From positions 186,001-250,000 of the forward strand of contig JALDZS010000005.1 of NCBI GenBank assembly GCA_022813965.1: a stretch of 64,000 nt of DNA. Reading direction: 5' to 3'. This document shows positions 51,514 to 63,540 of this stretch, one piece after another (positions within the stretch are counted from its first letter, which is position 1; each line of letters starts with the position of its first letter). The position numbers and the translations under genes are program-made. The DNA is from Toensbergia leucococca. Taxonomy: Eukaryota. Under the pieces are notes generated by a model. That model made no database searches. It saw only the letters and a program-made list of their open reading frames with translations, and was not told the DNA's origin.

Positions 51514-53677
51514 TTAATCAATAACATCATCCCTCAACGCAAATAACTCCTTCATTAGATCCTCGCTTTTGCTTGTCAACGCGTCGTGATACATGGTATT
51601 CGTAACGAATTGTCTGCAACCCTGGATTCTCGAAGCCGTCTCTCGGGTATAATCAAAATGACAGCACATATCATCGACATACGTCGAGGAGTATACTGGT
51701 ACCTTGTTCTTCGCAAGTTGCTCCGTGTCGTAGAGGTCGGGCCAATCATCCATTTGAGCTAGCAGATCTGCAATTTCTTTGAGGCTCTGTAATTCGATGT
51801 AATCGTCGAACATGGCTCGAAAGATCTTTGCGGATACTTTAGTGTATGCCCTGGAAAAGTGGTGTGCAATAGAGAAAGACGAAGAGTTTTATTGTTGCCG
51901 AGAACAGCGCGAAGGACTAAGGACTAAGTGAATCTTACCATTTCTCCTGTGAAGAGAATCGGGGTATCGCCTTCCACTTCTTCGACATTGAATTCCGGAA
52001 GCGTTTTCATGATACGGTCTGCTGACCAGTTGGACGCTGCGCTATGATGGATCTCAGCATGACTATTTGACATCAAATCAAATGGAAAACACTACACACC
52101 CCTGAAGATAGCATGGTTCATGCATCAACGCGTACATCACCATGCTATCGAATGGAAACTGCGTTTCGAAGGCTGTGAGTGTAGGACGAGTCAAGAACCC
52201 GTTTTGGCGCAAATCACTGATGAAGCGGAACACATTATCTAATGACTCATTAGAACTCGGATGGTACGTGTTTGGGTGGACTCTAAGTTTAGTTTACCAT
52301 GCACAGTGTCCACGCCACCTACTGTTGATCAGCCAACGTCTTCAGTCAGGAATTCCATTCTCACTCACCGTGTGCACTAAAGTACATCCCAAGCTGGCGG
52401 AAACGAAGGAAAGTCAGTTTGCTGCCAGATGGGAGCACGATGTCCTGGGCTTTGAGATATTTGGCAATCTCCTTGACATGATGAATGTCTTCTGGAAATT
52501 TCTGATAGTAGCTTTGATTCCTTTGTTCGACCTTTTCTAGTGGACGTTATTATCCCTCAATGGAACACGGACGAATTGCATACTGTATAGCTTCTCGTAC
52601 ACTGCATCAGGCTTGCACACAAGAGGAGGTAGACCTCCACAGGTGAAAACTGCGTGTTTCCATCAGAATAGACTCGGTGATAGGGTAAGTATTGAGATAC
52701 CTTCTTGCAGTCCCTCAGGGCTTGGCAGTTGGGTCAGCAATGCTCGTACTAAATTCGTTGATTCCTATCCTCACAATCTTGAGAGGTAGTTGACGCAGCA
52801 GAAGCTACCAAAGCTTTGACCGAGAATGGACCATTTCTGCTTTTCTTCCGGGTAGTCCGCTGTCAGATTCTTTCGAATTGCTTCGCAATCTCGAACTAAT
52901 GTTACACTACGTCAGCCGATATCGCTCCCTACGGGGTGTATGCCCTCCGTGTCACCAAGAAGAAGACAATTTCACCAATGCTGTCGGCACGAAAGCATTT
53001 AAGGTAGGCTGCCTGTTCCGCAGGGCTACCCTTTTTAGCAAGTGTTCTGGCAGTTATCGTACTGCTTAATCCAGTCCCTGTCAAGATGGAAACTGTCAAT
53101 ATCATAAAACCGTATCATAAAATACGGAAGAATTGTCCAAGTACCGCGTTGGTCAAGGAAGAGCATCTAATATGCTCTGTCAACATAGAGCTTCAACGTG
53201 AGTTGATCACTCACCTGATAGCCTTTATCCAAGACAGAATTGACCCAGGCGTAATTTTGAGGAGGTCTGCATGGCAAGCCCGGCCCCCCTGAAAATCATC
53301 AGACACTCATTGACCGTTCACGATGGCGATTCCAGTCACCTTGAAGATAGAGGACTGGGACATGGCCGTCTTAGCAATCACCTCCTCTGTTCATGTGGCA
53401 AGACTTGCGTACACCAGGGAAGCTGCTTCTTTTCTTCTCTTGAAGGATTTACTGGTTTCTCGAAGCGCTCAACACTCCTGGCAAACAGGCGAAGTTTTTC
53501 GTCGTTGGGACTGGCATGGTCTTTAGGCACCTCGAAGAAAATCTCCGAGATTTTAAGCTTTCCTGATGGTTTTCTCAGAGATTCAAACGTGCATCTCCTG
53601 TTCAATTGAGTGAAGGAGTTGTGTGGCTTACCGGGGACTTGATGGGTCCGACGCTCCAGCAATTTGGCGATAGACAT
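51514..53677 (-). CDS. Prolyl aminopeptidase / proline iminopeptidase (peptidase S33, alpha/beta hydrolase), 14 exons
   Basis: Spliced by eye: FFEVPKDH; LYLQGGPG; LDQRGTGLSS; FRADSIVRDCEAIR; WSILGQSFGSFC (nucleophile Ser); TCGGLPP; YALMHEPCY; LFTGEMIF; YVDDM (Asp); MYHDAL (His). Confidence 0.92.
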
Positions 53678-53959
53678 AGATTGATTGTGTATCACAAGAG
53701 ACGTTGAGTTTAGGGCGAGCAGATGGTGTGCCAAGACGTATCTACAATTAGACTTTCGAGTGTTGTATTTAGTAGATGCGAATCCCAGTCCCATATAGTG
53801 TTGCTTATTCCAGATCTTGTTGGCACGTCATGATTCGCCATTTAAATGACATTCCTCAACTTTGCATTTATTATGTTCCACTGCGCACTTTCGCTGTAAA
53901 TCTAATCATGATGCTTAACACCCTTGCTATTAATCGACGTATCGCACCCTATTTTGCTA

Positions 53960-55644
53960 ATGGATAAAGACATCCTTTTGCTTTTAGAGGTGAATTGATA
54001 CTTCCTGTTCTGTCAACCACGCAGCGTATTTTCTAACCGTCATTGCGCCTGCCACAGAAGCAGTATTGTCCCCCTCTAGACTCGGCTCTCTTCTCTGCCA
54101 TCGCTTCCGATTACGATTTATCAGACAATGCCTCAACCAGTGAGCTACGTGCGACTCTCGATGTCCTTAAAGAGAGCGTCGAGGCCGAGGAAAACACAGC
54201 TTTCGATCCATCGGGGAGTAGCAGCCGTGTTCGCGATACAAGCCCACACGAGTCCACAGATCGGGCGCAGTCGTGGCACGGAGATGCGACATCCAGGTCC
54301 GAGGAAACCGACTTGACAAGCGCATGCCAGTCAGTAGACTCCTTCGGCATTGGCGACGATGGCGACGCTGGTCGCCGAGTCGAGTACGATAAAGGGCTGG
54401 AAGAGCTATCCCTCGCGGACAAGGAAGCAACACTCAAAGAGATGTTCCCGCACATGAAACCCTTCGACATAAACTACACTCTTAAAAAGACCGGCAACAA
54501 CTTCGGGAAAACATTCGAGGATCTCTTAAACCAAGTCTTCTTCGACGAAGCCGACGCCCGCAGCAGCGACGACAGGATCCTCAAAAAGGGCATCGATGCC
54601 TTCGCTGACAACAACGCTCACGCCCGCAAATCCCGCGGAAAGCGAAAAAAGCAAGCCCAACTCCTTCGCCGTACCAGCTCCACCCCTTCCGCCCTCGCCG
54701 ACAAATCCCCTAATAGCCCGCGCTCCACCCCAATACCAAGCCGATGGGACCTCGCAGCGCAAGACGTCGACTTTATAACCCAGCGCACCTACCTCGACCG
54801 CCGAAGCGTGGCCTCCACCTACCACAAATCAGGTGGCTCCCTCTCCTCCACCATAGCCGCTCTCTGCACCAACTCCCAATTTTCAAATCCCTACATCACC
54901 CCCAAAGACGACCCCACCCTCCAAACCCACGCAATCGAACTATCCTCCGACTTCCCCACCCTCCCCCAGTCCCACCTCATAGCCCTCATAACACTAACCC
55001 ACCCCTCCACAGCTTCCGCCCACGAACTCGCCCGCGCCCTCCTCACCCACCCCTCCGCCATCACAACAACCACAACCCTGACCCCCCAATACCTCCCTCC
55101 AACAGTCTCCCCCCCTAGCTCCCCAACTCACACCCCGGAACCCCCACCGACCCTCCCCCTAACAAAAGCAACCCATCTCGCAACCCTCTCAACCCGCGCC
55201 CACCACACCGCCCTCACCCAGGCCTCCATCGCCCACCGCGCCTCCAAATCGAACCCCCTCATGTCCGGCGCCGCAAGCCACTACAGCTCCGTCAGCCGCG
55301 CCTCAGCCCTAGCCGCAGCGCACTACTCCGCCGCCGCCGCCACCGCACGCGTGGACGCGCAGTCCACGGCACTCGTGGTGGATTTACACGGGGTGAGCGT
55401 CAAGGATGCGGTGAGGATTGCGAGGGAGAGGGTGCAGGGGTGGTGGGGGAGTGGCGGCCAGGAGTGGGCGAGGGAGGGGAGGGTCCTAGGGGGTGGATTG
55501 CGGGTTGTAACCGGGGTGGGGAGACATAGCGAGGGTGGGGTTGGGAGGTTGGGACCGGCGGTTGGGGGGATGTTGGTGAGGGAGGGGTGGAGGGTGGAGG
55601 TTGGGGAGGGGGTGGTTGAGGTTGTGGGCAGAAGGAGACGGTAG
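53960..55644 (+). CDS. CUE plus Smr domain protein (Cue2/N4BP2-like endonuclease)
   Basis: Exon MDKDILLLLE, intron 53990-54057, then KQYCPPLDSAL; CUE-like LKEMFP..INYTLKK; Smr VDLHGVSVKDAV..LRVVTGVGRHSEGGVGRLGPAV. Confidence 0.88.
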
Positions 55645-56044
55645 AGGTGGGCGGTGGGTTGTAGTGGGTTTTTTATTTTTGGATTTGGATTTGGGTGGCC
55701 TTTTTGGTGAAGTCTGCTCGAGATTCATATACCGGACTGCTGGATGTGCGGCTTTAAAATGGAAGAGATGGATATGTTCGTTGAAGGCTTTCTTGAGTTG
55801 GAGTTTTGGTAATGGTTGAGGTTAGATACAGGTTGGTATTAGATGCGACGCGCAGTCTAGGGGGTGGTCTATGTAATGTCTAAAAAAAAAAAAGGGTATA
55901 TATAAAAAGAAACCCACTCCAATGAATCCGATTCCACCCAGTATTGTAAAGTAGCGGAAGCTCTAAAAAGGGGAAAGAGACACAAACGGCCTGAATAAAT
56001 CAAAAAAAGAGGAACTGAAAATTAGAGGAGACGCCTATCCACCT

Positions 56045-57307
56045 CTACCAGATCGAATAGCCACCCTGCAATAATCAATGTTAGCAATCATCCCAGCCAG
56101 AATTATTAATAGGAAGTAAGAAATCAAACATACGTCCGCAACGCAATTACTCCCCGTCATAAAAGTACTGGCATCACTCGCCAAAAACACGGCCAGATTA
56201 TCCAACTCGTCCACCCTCCCCAACCGATTCTGCGGCGTCCTCCCCCGCCAAATCTTCTTCTGTCCCTCGAGCGCCGGCACCCGATTCAGCGTCGTGTCCA
56301 TATACCCGGGTGAAATCGAGTTGACTCTGATCCCATACTGGGCCCATTCGGCGGCAAGGGATTTACTCATTTGAATGACGGCCGCTTTGGAGGCATTGTA
56401 GCAGGATTGTTCTTGCGGGTAGTTGACGATGCTGCCGGACATGCTGGCGATGAAGATGATGGAGCCGCCGTTGCCTTGGGCGATCATTTGGCGGCCGCAG
56501 GCTTGTGCGACGAGGAAGGAGCCTGTGACGTTGATGTCGATGAGACGGCGGAACATTTCGTGGTCGTAGTCTTCGGCTTTGATGTTGGAGCTGGATGGAG
56601 GGTTGATCAGTGATTGCTAGATTTTTGGGGGAAATGGAGGGGACTTACTCGGCGATGCCGGCAGAGTTGATAAGGACGTCTACTGAACCGAAGTTCTCCG
56701 TTACTTCGGTGACCACGTCCGTGGCGGCCTTTGCGTCGCGCACGTCGACCTGGAAGAATTGCACTGGGATGCCTGTGCTAGCGTGGAGTTCCTCGGCGGC
56801 TTTGTCTCCGAGTTCTTTATTCACGTCTAGAATAGCCACAGCTTTTACTCCGACTTCTGTAAGGGCCTGTGCCATGTTCCAACCAAGTCCTCGAGCACCA
56901 CTATAGCGGCATCGCAAGTCAGCAGCTAGAGTGGTGGAATATTTGGCATAGAAGAACGGATTGAGGTTTGGAAGTGTTACTTACCCAGTAATGAGTGCAA
57001 CCTTGCCTTGGAGTGTAAATTTCTTCAAAGTCGGGGAAAGCTTCTCAACAAGACTCTTTTCAAGAGGGAACGCCTGTCTCGCGATATCCACGATGGGTAT
57101 TGCCATCTCTATCGGCTGGTTTTGGTTGATACTAAGGGCAGACTGATGGACCTCGGTGGCGCCCGAAGCTTCATTGCGTTCAAATTTGATGAATGGTACT
57201 TCGTTGACTGCAACGGCCTCTGTGGCATCCAATGGGGCCGAAGTACGTATATTACGTGCAGCCCGTACCGCACTCGGAAGCTTTGTCACTACACGTCGTG
57301 CAAACAT
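56045..57307 (-). CDS. Short-chain dehydrogenase/reductase, D-arabitol dehydrogenase / sorbose reductase-like, with N-terminal extension
   Basis: KVALITG, intron, GARGLG; LINSAGIAE; IASMSG; YNASKAA; RVNSISPGYMDT; FMTGS..DGGYSIW*. Three introns. Confidence 0.9.
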
Positions 57308-58652
57308 TGTAGCGAAGTCGGTATCCTACTGGGCGTCAAAGAGCGCGGTACCTTTGTCAAAGGTTGCCGCGAAAAAGGATGGAAAGCGTTGGGAACAATC
57401 CGAAGGAAGGTCTAATGATTTGGAAATGAAAGTGACGAAATGGTGTCGGGGTGAAAACAAATAGTATAGTACGAATGTCGCAGCCTATTGTGGTCCCGGA
57501 AATCCACTTATATGACAACACCGAGAACCTAAAAATGCATGGAAAATTTCGAATTGTATACTGAAAGGTCGAAGTAGTCGTGCAATGTATGACGTGTTTC
57601 TTGAAGGGAGAAAAACCAAGTCCGCGAGGAATGCTGCGAAGCTCTGTATCTATATCTATAAATGTTGATAAATCCAAAAATGAACAAGAATGAACAAGGG
57701 ATGCAAGCAGGACAACAATGACAATGCCGAAGAAAATTACAAGGTTATAGCGGATGTGTGATAACGGAGATCTATGAAAGTTCAAGCATGGATGTGGGAA
57801 GGCCAAATTTATGTTGCTGTCCATGATGACAGGGTTTCCAACACGTTCAGCTCAAATAAGAATGCGTGACTGTGATAGCGAATGAAACAGGATCGTGCAT
57901 TTGTTGTGGATATGAATCGGAAGAGAGCATGATCGGCTATGCCAATCCCAGATGTTAATTGTGGTATCCACTGATTAGCCTACGCCATTCAGGCCATTCA
58001 GGCCTGATGGAGGATCAGATTTGAGGCTTGGACGGTCACGGCTGAGACACGAGGTCCAGGATATTTTAAAGGGCGGAGGCCACCCAAATGCATGCGTGTT
58101 GGCATGGATGGCAGTCGGTTCAAGAGCTGAAGAAATGAACATGTCGTTGAGAAAGTGAGGCTTATTGTACTAATATTTCCCATTCGGGCTGAATTGGCTG
58201 AATGCGAATTATCTGCCGAGATTGCCGCCTATCATAGTCGGACGCCACCAGATTCTTTTGGGACTGTAGTACACAGTATCAGATAACAGTATCAAGTATC
58301 AATTATAGCCTCCACTTGAAGTGGGGCTCTTTTTCATTGCTTTGCAAATATAATAGTGGATAGCCAATCAAGAGATGCATCCTCGTCCGTCAACAATAAC
58401 GATTTGGAACCGGTCAATTAATCACAAGGTGTTTCATCTCATGCTCTATTTGAGACAATATATCACATTTAGAACAGCCGATAATTGACATATCTTCCCC
58501 TAATTCACATCCTGACTGCACCCTATGCGAGCGCTAAATAACTCCAGTGCTTGCAGAATGCAGATACATTATTATGATTCCACTGCATCCAATTTTCTCG
58601 CCCATAAAATGTGCAAGAATAAAGAACCCATTTCGTAAGCCACACACCGATT

Positions 58653-60003
58653 TTACATGGCCTCCACGTAGTTGCTATCAATCATTAGATTACTTTGATA
58701 TGTCCGACGCTGCAGCGGGTCAGCCTACCTTGGGAATATACCCGTCCTCTCTCCGATCTTCCCTGTCCACCAATCCGTGGGGTTGTCCGTCCGCTTGGTA
58801 ATCGTGATAACGTCCCCTTTTCTGAAAGCTAGATCACCCGGCTGGTCCGCATCAAATGTAAACAAAGCAATTGCCTGGTTCCTTCCAGCAGTGAGTCCAC
58901 TGGGTTTTGGGGTGAATTTGGGCTTCGGTGCTGTGGGCCTACTAGGTTTCTGATCACTGTATGAATACTCGCTCGCAACGGTACTTCCGCGACTTCGTGC
59001 CGACCCAAGGCTCTCGAATGTCTCGTTGGGATTTGCGCGCGTGCTGAATGAGCGTCCGACTGGGGCGCTGTTGGGTTGTTGATCGTAGACATCGTCAGCC
59101 CATGTACTTGCTCGTTTAGGCCGGTCACTGTATCCGTGCTCGTTGTTCGCAGCTGACGAGCCTGTTTGATCCCTTCGTACACCTTCCCCGTAACCCTGTC
59201 CTGTCCTTCCTTCCCACGCGACGTTGTCATAGCTGTCATCGTATATCGGGATGTCATTGTATATATCCGAAGATTTACTTGACACACCAGCAAAAACTTT
59301 GGAGTTTAATACTCGCATGAGCGGTTCTGCAGCTGGCGGCGGTCGAACTCCGCCTCCGAGCAGCTGGCTAGCAGTGATGCGACTGTTGTAAAGCTTTTCA
59401 TTTGCATCCTTCCTCTCCACCAAGATACTCCCCTCCAGGCTCACTCCCGCGAATAACCCCTTCGTTTTTGAGTAGGCAAATACTCCAGCCACTCCCTTGG
59501 TACTCGCCGCCCCTGCTGCCTCTGCGTTTCTACCTATCGGCCCTGCAGCAATAGATACATTGGCTCCCAGAGTTAATGATCCGGCTTGCGAAAAGGTTTT
59601 TACTGCTGCGGCATCATTGAGGATAAAAACGAAGTCGGTCAGCTCGAATCCAATCTGTCCTCCAAAGCCGGCGCCACCTGTTGCCATGGCTGAAGGCGCG
59701 GACCAGGTGCCATCGGACAGACGAGCGACAATGATACCAGAGCCAAAGCGGCCAGACCCCAGGAAGCCAACCTTTATAACGGTGAGAATGGCCAAACCCT
59801 AGGCACTATAATCAGACTTAACCTTGAGTAATGGACAAGGTGATGAAGAAACATACCTTGGCATTAGCTAAAATCTGGGGAGGTATTATCTTGTCAGGAC
59901 CAAAAGCTTGCCGTGGATCTATGAAACTTGTGAGTACTTTCCCAGCTTTTTTGCACTCACTACTCATAGAAGTAGGAAAGGGATTGTTGATGCCGAACGG
60001 CAT
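58653..60003 (-). CDS. YSC84: Ysc84/Lsb3 actin-patch protein (Ysc84/SYLF domain plus C-terminal SH3)
   Basis: MPFGINNPFPTSMSSECKKAGKVL..IIPPQILANAK, intron, GLAIL..GFLGSGRFGSG..WSAPSA..GGQIGFELTDFV..YSKTKGLFAGVSLEG; SH3 ALFTFDADQPGDLAF..WW.G..GIFP, intron, SNYVEAM*. Confidence 0.93.
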
Positions 60004-60392
60004 CTTGGCGGACGGCTGGTAAAGTTTGGTGGTCGGAAGGAAAGCAAGGGAACTTGAGGGCCTCGTGTCGGTGCCGGTATTTTGTCGATCTACGACTCAG
60101 CCTTATGTGATGACGTTGCGAAGCAGGAGGCAGGGTCCAATTCACTGAGAGACCTCGAGATCAGCCTCAGGCCAAACGACACGGTACATTTCAATGAGAG
60201 ACTCAAGAATTGATATATGCAATCAGCCTCCTCAATTCAAGGTGTCGTGAGAACATGTACTCAATTTGAGGATGCTGTACTTTCAAATCGCGATTTCAAC
60301 GTCGTGTTAAATATAATACAGCTAAGGTTTATTATATCGCAGCTCGTTATTCTGGCACGCTGGCAATCTGATGCCTTCGAAGACCCTCGGAC

Positions 60393-61735
60393 CTATGGTA
60401 TTACATTCTTTTCTCCAAGCAATCCAGCCATTGTGTCTTCTCCATCATATTCGCCCTTGGCGATAAATTGCTCGCCCTCGAACGTATCTTCCCTCCAGAC
60501 ATTCATTCCCTGGCCAACCTCCACTGAAAGATCCATAGCCGTTGGTCTCTTGGCCGCATCCAGGCGCAGCATCCGCCTCACAATGCCCTTGAGTCCTTGG
60601 CTGAAGTATCGAGGAATTGGCCTGACCCAGAAATCATTCTCGTCGGCATCGAGAGAGTCGTTTAGAGACGTGGGTGGCTCGCCGACCATCATGTGGTACA
60701 CCACTGCTCCTAAAGACCAGATCTCTGCTGCAGGACTCAGCAGACGTGTGTTTCTCTGGATTTCCTTTACAGCGTCAATGTCGTATAAAGTTTGCGATAT
60801 TGGGGAACGTACAGGTGCCATATAAGGCTTCTCCCCATCAAGCCATGGTGGCTTGATCGCCAAGAGGTAAGTTAAAGTTGATCTGACTGCAGCTGATCGG
60901 AAGCAGCCAAGCTTTACTTCGCCGTACGTCTCATTCCCTTCGGCTGCGCTGAAGTATACTTGAATACAATTAGGAGCAACTTCTCCTATAACCTCCATAG
61001 ACATTCACTCACTATTCGTGGGATTTATCTCAGATATTAAGATAGGATGCCAATCGTCATCATGGTGCATGTGTCTATCGAATGGGAAGGTGTGCTTATG
61101 ACCGCAATGAAGCCAAAGTAAAGCCTGAGAGATGCCGTCGAGGACGTGCCAACACAAGCTCTCGGGTATTTCACTGCATCCGACTTGTGAGAATTTTTTG
61201 ATCCAAGATTGTTGCTCTCAAGACAGCCACTTACATTGACTCTTTCCCTGGTGTGCTCCAAAGCAAGCGGTTCAATGTACCTCTGTTGCAGTCTTCCCAA
61301 ACTGTATAATCCCTCGATTTTATACCCACATCTGTATCCCGGACAACGTCAACGAGACTGACCAGATTAGGGTGATTTAACAATCTGAGAAGTGTTTCCT
61401 TGGCATCATCTATTACGCCGTAGGTATCGATGAATTCTGCTGCCAGGAAAACCTATGGTTCATAAAACTGTCAGCCAAATTGTCTCTGGTATGTTCGCAG
61501 CTATGGCACCTACTTTGCCGTCTCGCCTTCGTCTAGTTCTCCAGAATTTTGGGGAGCCATTTGTATCAATCTCGACTTCTCCGGCGGTGCTTCGTTTTTT
61601 GGGTATACAGCCGGGCTCTTCGACTGTTGGGATCAATTGCTCTAGATGTTCGTATTTACTGATCGCAAATGGTTTTGTTTCTTGTTTTGCCTTGACCCGC
61701 CTTGGGTTGTCGATGACATACACTGAAGCAGCCAT
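60393..61735 (-). CDS. Protein-kinase-fold protein, probable pseudokinase
   Basis: Four exons, with phase-consistent introns at 61453-61513, 61174-61234 and 60959-61012. LNHPNLVSLVDV; WEDCNRGTL; IPESLCWHVL; YMAP; EIWSLGAVVYHMMVGEPP; FSQGLKGIVRRMLRLDAAKRPTA. Confidence 0.8.
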
Positions 61736-61960
61736 GATAATCGGTATGCTTGAAGTACGATTGATACGAGCAGATATTTGTTCCTCTTTCACAATAGAGG
61801 AACAGGTTGTACATATTTCTCCTTAATTTGTCCCAATCCATCTTTGATGCACCTAATACAAAGGAAAAAGCGAAACAACTCATCGCAAGCGGTCATACAT
61901 TCCAGATCACATTCCAGCTCATGAAGCGCTCTCGGAACTCGAACGCCTCGCTAATTATTC

Positions 61961-62315
61961 TTACACGGGCGTTTCAGGCTCCTCCTCCACATCGATAGTC
62001 GAGCTCTTCCTCCTAAACAAGTTCGTTGCGGCCTTGACAATGGATGCTCGCCTCTCCTTGGTTGAGGCTGTAGAATAAGTACTACTTCGTCTTCTCTTCT
62101 GAGCATCGGATTCTATTGGTACTTCGTCCTCCTTGACCTTTGCAGGCGGATCTGCTTCTTCATAAGCTTGCGCCCTTGACTTGCGAGGCGAGCGGGCAAG
62201 CAGCTGCTAACTTACGCCAATTACCAGCTCCACCAATGCCATGGCTGATGTGGCTCTTCATAGAAGGCCGTTGTGGCCCCGTAGACGTCTGCGTAGACGT
62301 CTGCGTAGGAGACAT
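61961..62315 (-). CDS. Small 96-aa protein with GxGGAGN motif (DUF3602/Par32-like motif), not in the ORF track
   Basis: Exon 62315-62216 MSPTQTSTQTSTGPQRPSMKSHISHGIGGAGNW; intron 62215-62152 (GTAAGT..GCTTAT..CAG); exon 62151-61961 HPPAKVKEDE..KRRRSS..RRAS..RRKSS..ETPV*. Confidence 0.65.
62281..62308. repeat. 12-bp tandem repeat (gtagacgtctgc, ~2.3 copies)
   Basis: Directly visible; encodes TQTS repeats in the small minus-strand gene. Confidence 0.7.
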
Positions 62316-63540
62316 TATAGAGTCCGTTGCTTGACAATGATGGCTACGTGGATTTCACAGCAAAGTCCTCGATTACCTGTTTCTGTATAGGTTTCAAGAG
62401 TCGAGGTTCTGGATGCAATACACAACTTGTACGATAGGTATGTATCCGAAACCCTTAAACAAGACTAGTCGCACTCTAAGTTTTCAGTAACATCTCTCTT
62501 TCTCAATTATCTGTATTGGATAACTGCAATCACCCAGACGTACGTACCATTCCCTGTGTCTGAGCTGATAAGCCTTTCCAAGCATATTGGATAGCCTAGA
62601 ACAATGCATCAACGAACCCCGCAAATGGACACGGACTACCCCATATCGCATCAAAGCTTGAATTATTCGGCAACTTGCTCAGGCGTGGCAAGTCCTAGGT
62701 AGGAACCATATCGCGATAGCTTTCCCGTTTTTGATAGGCTTTCTGCTTTCGTCAGCAGCCAGTATACAGCCGCTTGCAATGGTCGTGTGACAATGACTGT
62801 GCGCGTCTCATTACAAAGCCATTTTCGGTACACCACGATTGTTCTCGGCCCCAAATATGATCATGGACTGGTATCTGTGTGTTTTAATAGGATGACTTTC
62901 TAAAGCTCCCCAGATTGCAATGCTTTTGATCATGCATAGGAGCTTTAGTTCCGCCAATTTCATCAGTGGTGGTCCTCAACCTTGTTGTGAATGATGAAGC
63001 GGTAGGGAAGAAGCTCGAATATACACAGACTTTACTCATGAGTATGTTAGCCTGACTGATGAAGAATTTCATCAATATTCTGGCGAAAAAGAGCGAGTTT
63101 CGCTTTTCTCTCACGAACTCCTGGCCTGTCAAAGACGCCGTGAGCTGGGCAAGCTCCAGGGTATTAGAATGAGTCCTTCTCTACTGGCATAAGCAGGATT
63201 GTCAGGAGGCTTGGTCATCAGGAACACAGTCATTCCTATGCGGTTCCATGCCGCAAGGAATTTGACCTGGTCCATGAGCATGCCTTACTTTTCCTTACGA
63301 GTTGCAAGAAAACAGCAGTGTTGAGAGATTGCTATCTCTTGACGTAGTCTCCAAGTCTATATTAAGCTATCCAATCTACTAATTCTACCTTTGCGCCCTG
63401 GTCTGCATCTTCTATGTTCTATACGTTAATATGCATTTCTTGTTGCTCTTAGAAAGCACCAATCCAGTCTCTGCTATCTTTCTTCTGTCATTGGTAGGTT
63501 AAAGAAGCTTCATCAACAATTCTTGAAACATTCAATTTTG

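Noticed and set aside
62400..63500. Short ORFs 62663-62854 and 62884-63132
   Set aside because: Non-ATG starts, no recognisable motifs, no consistent splice model.
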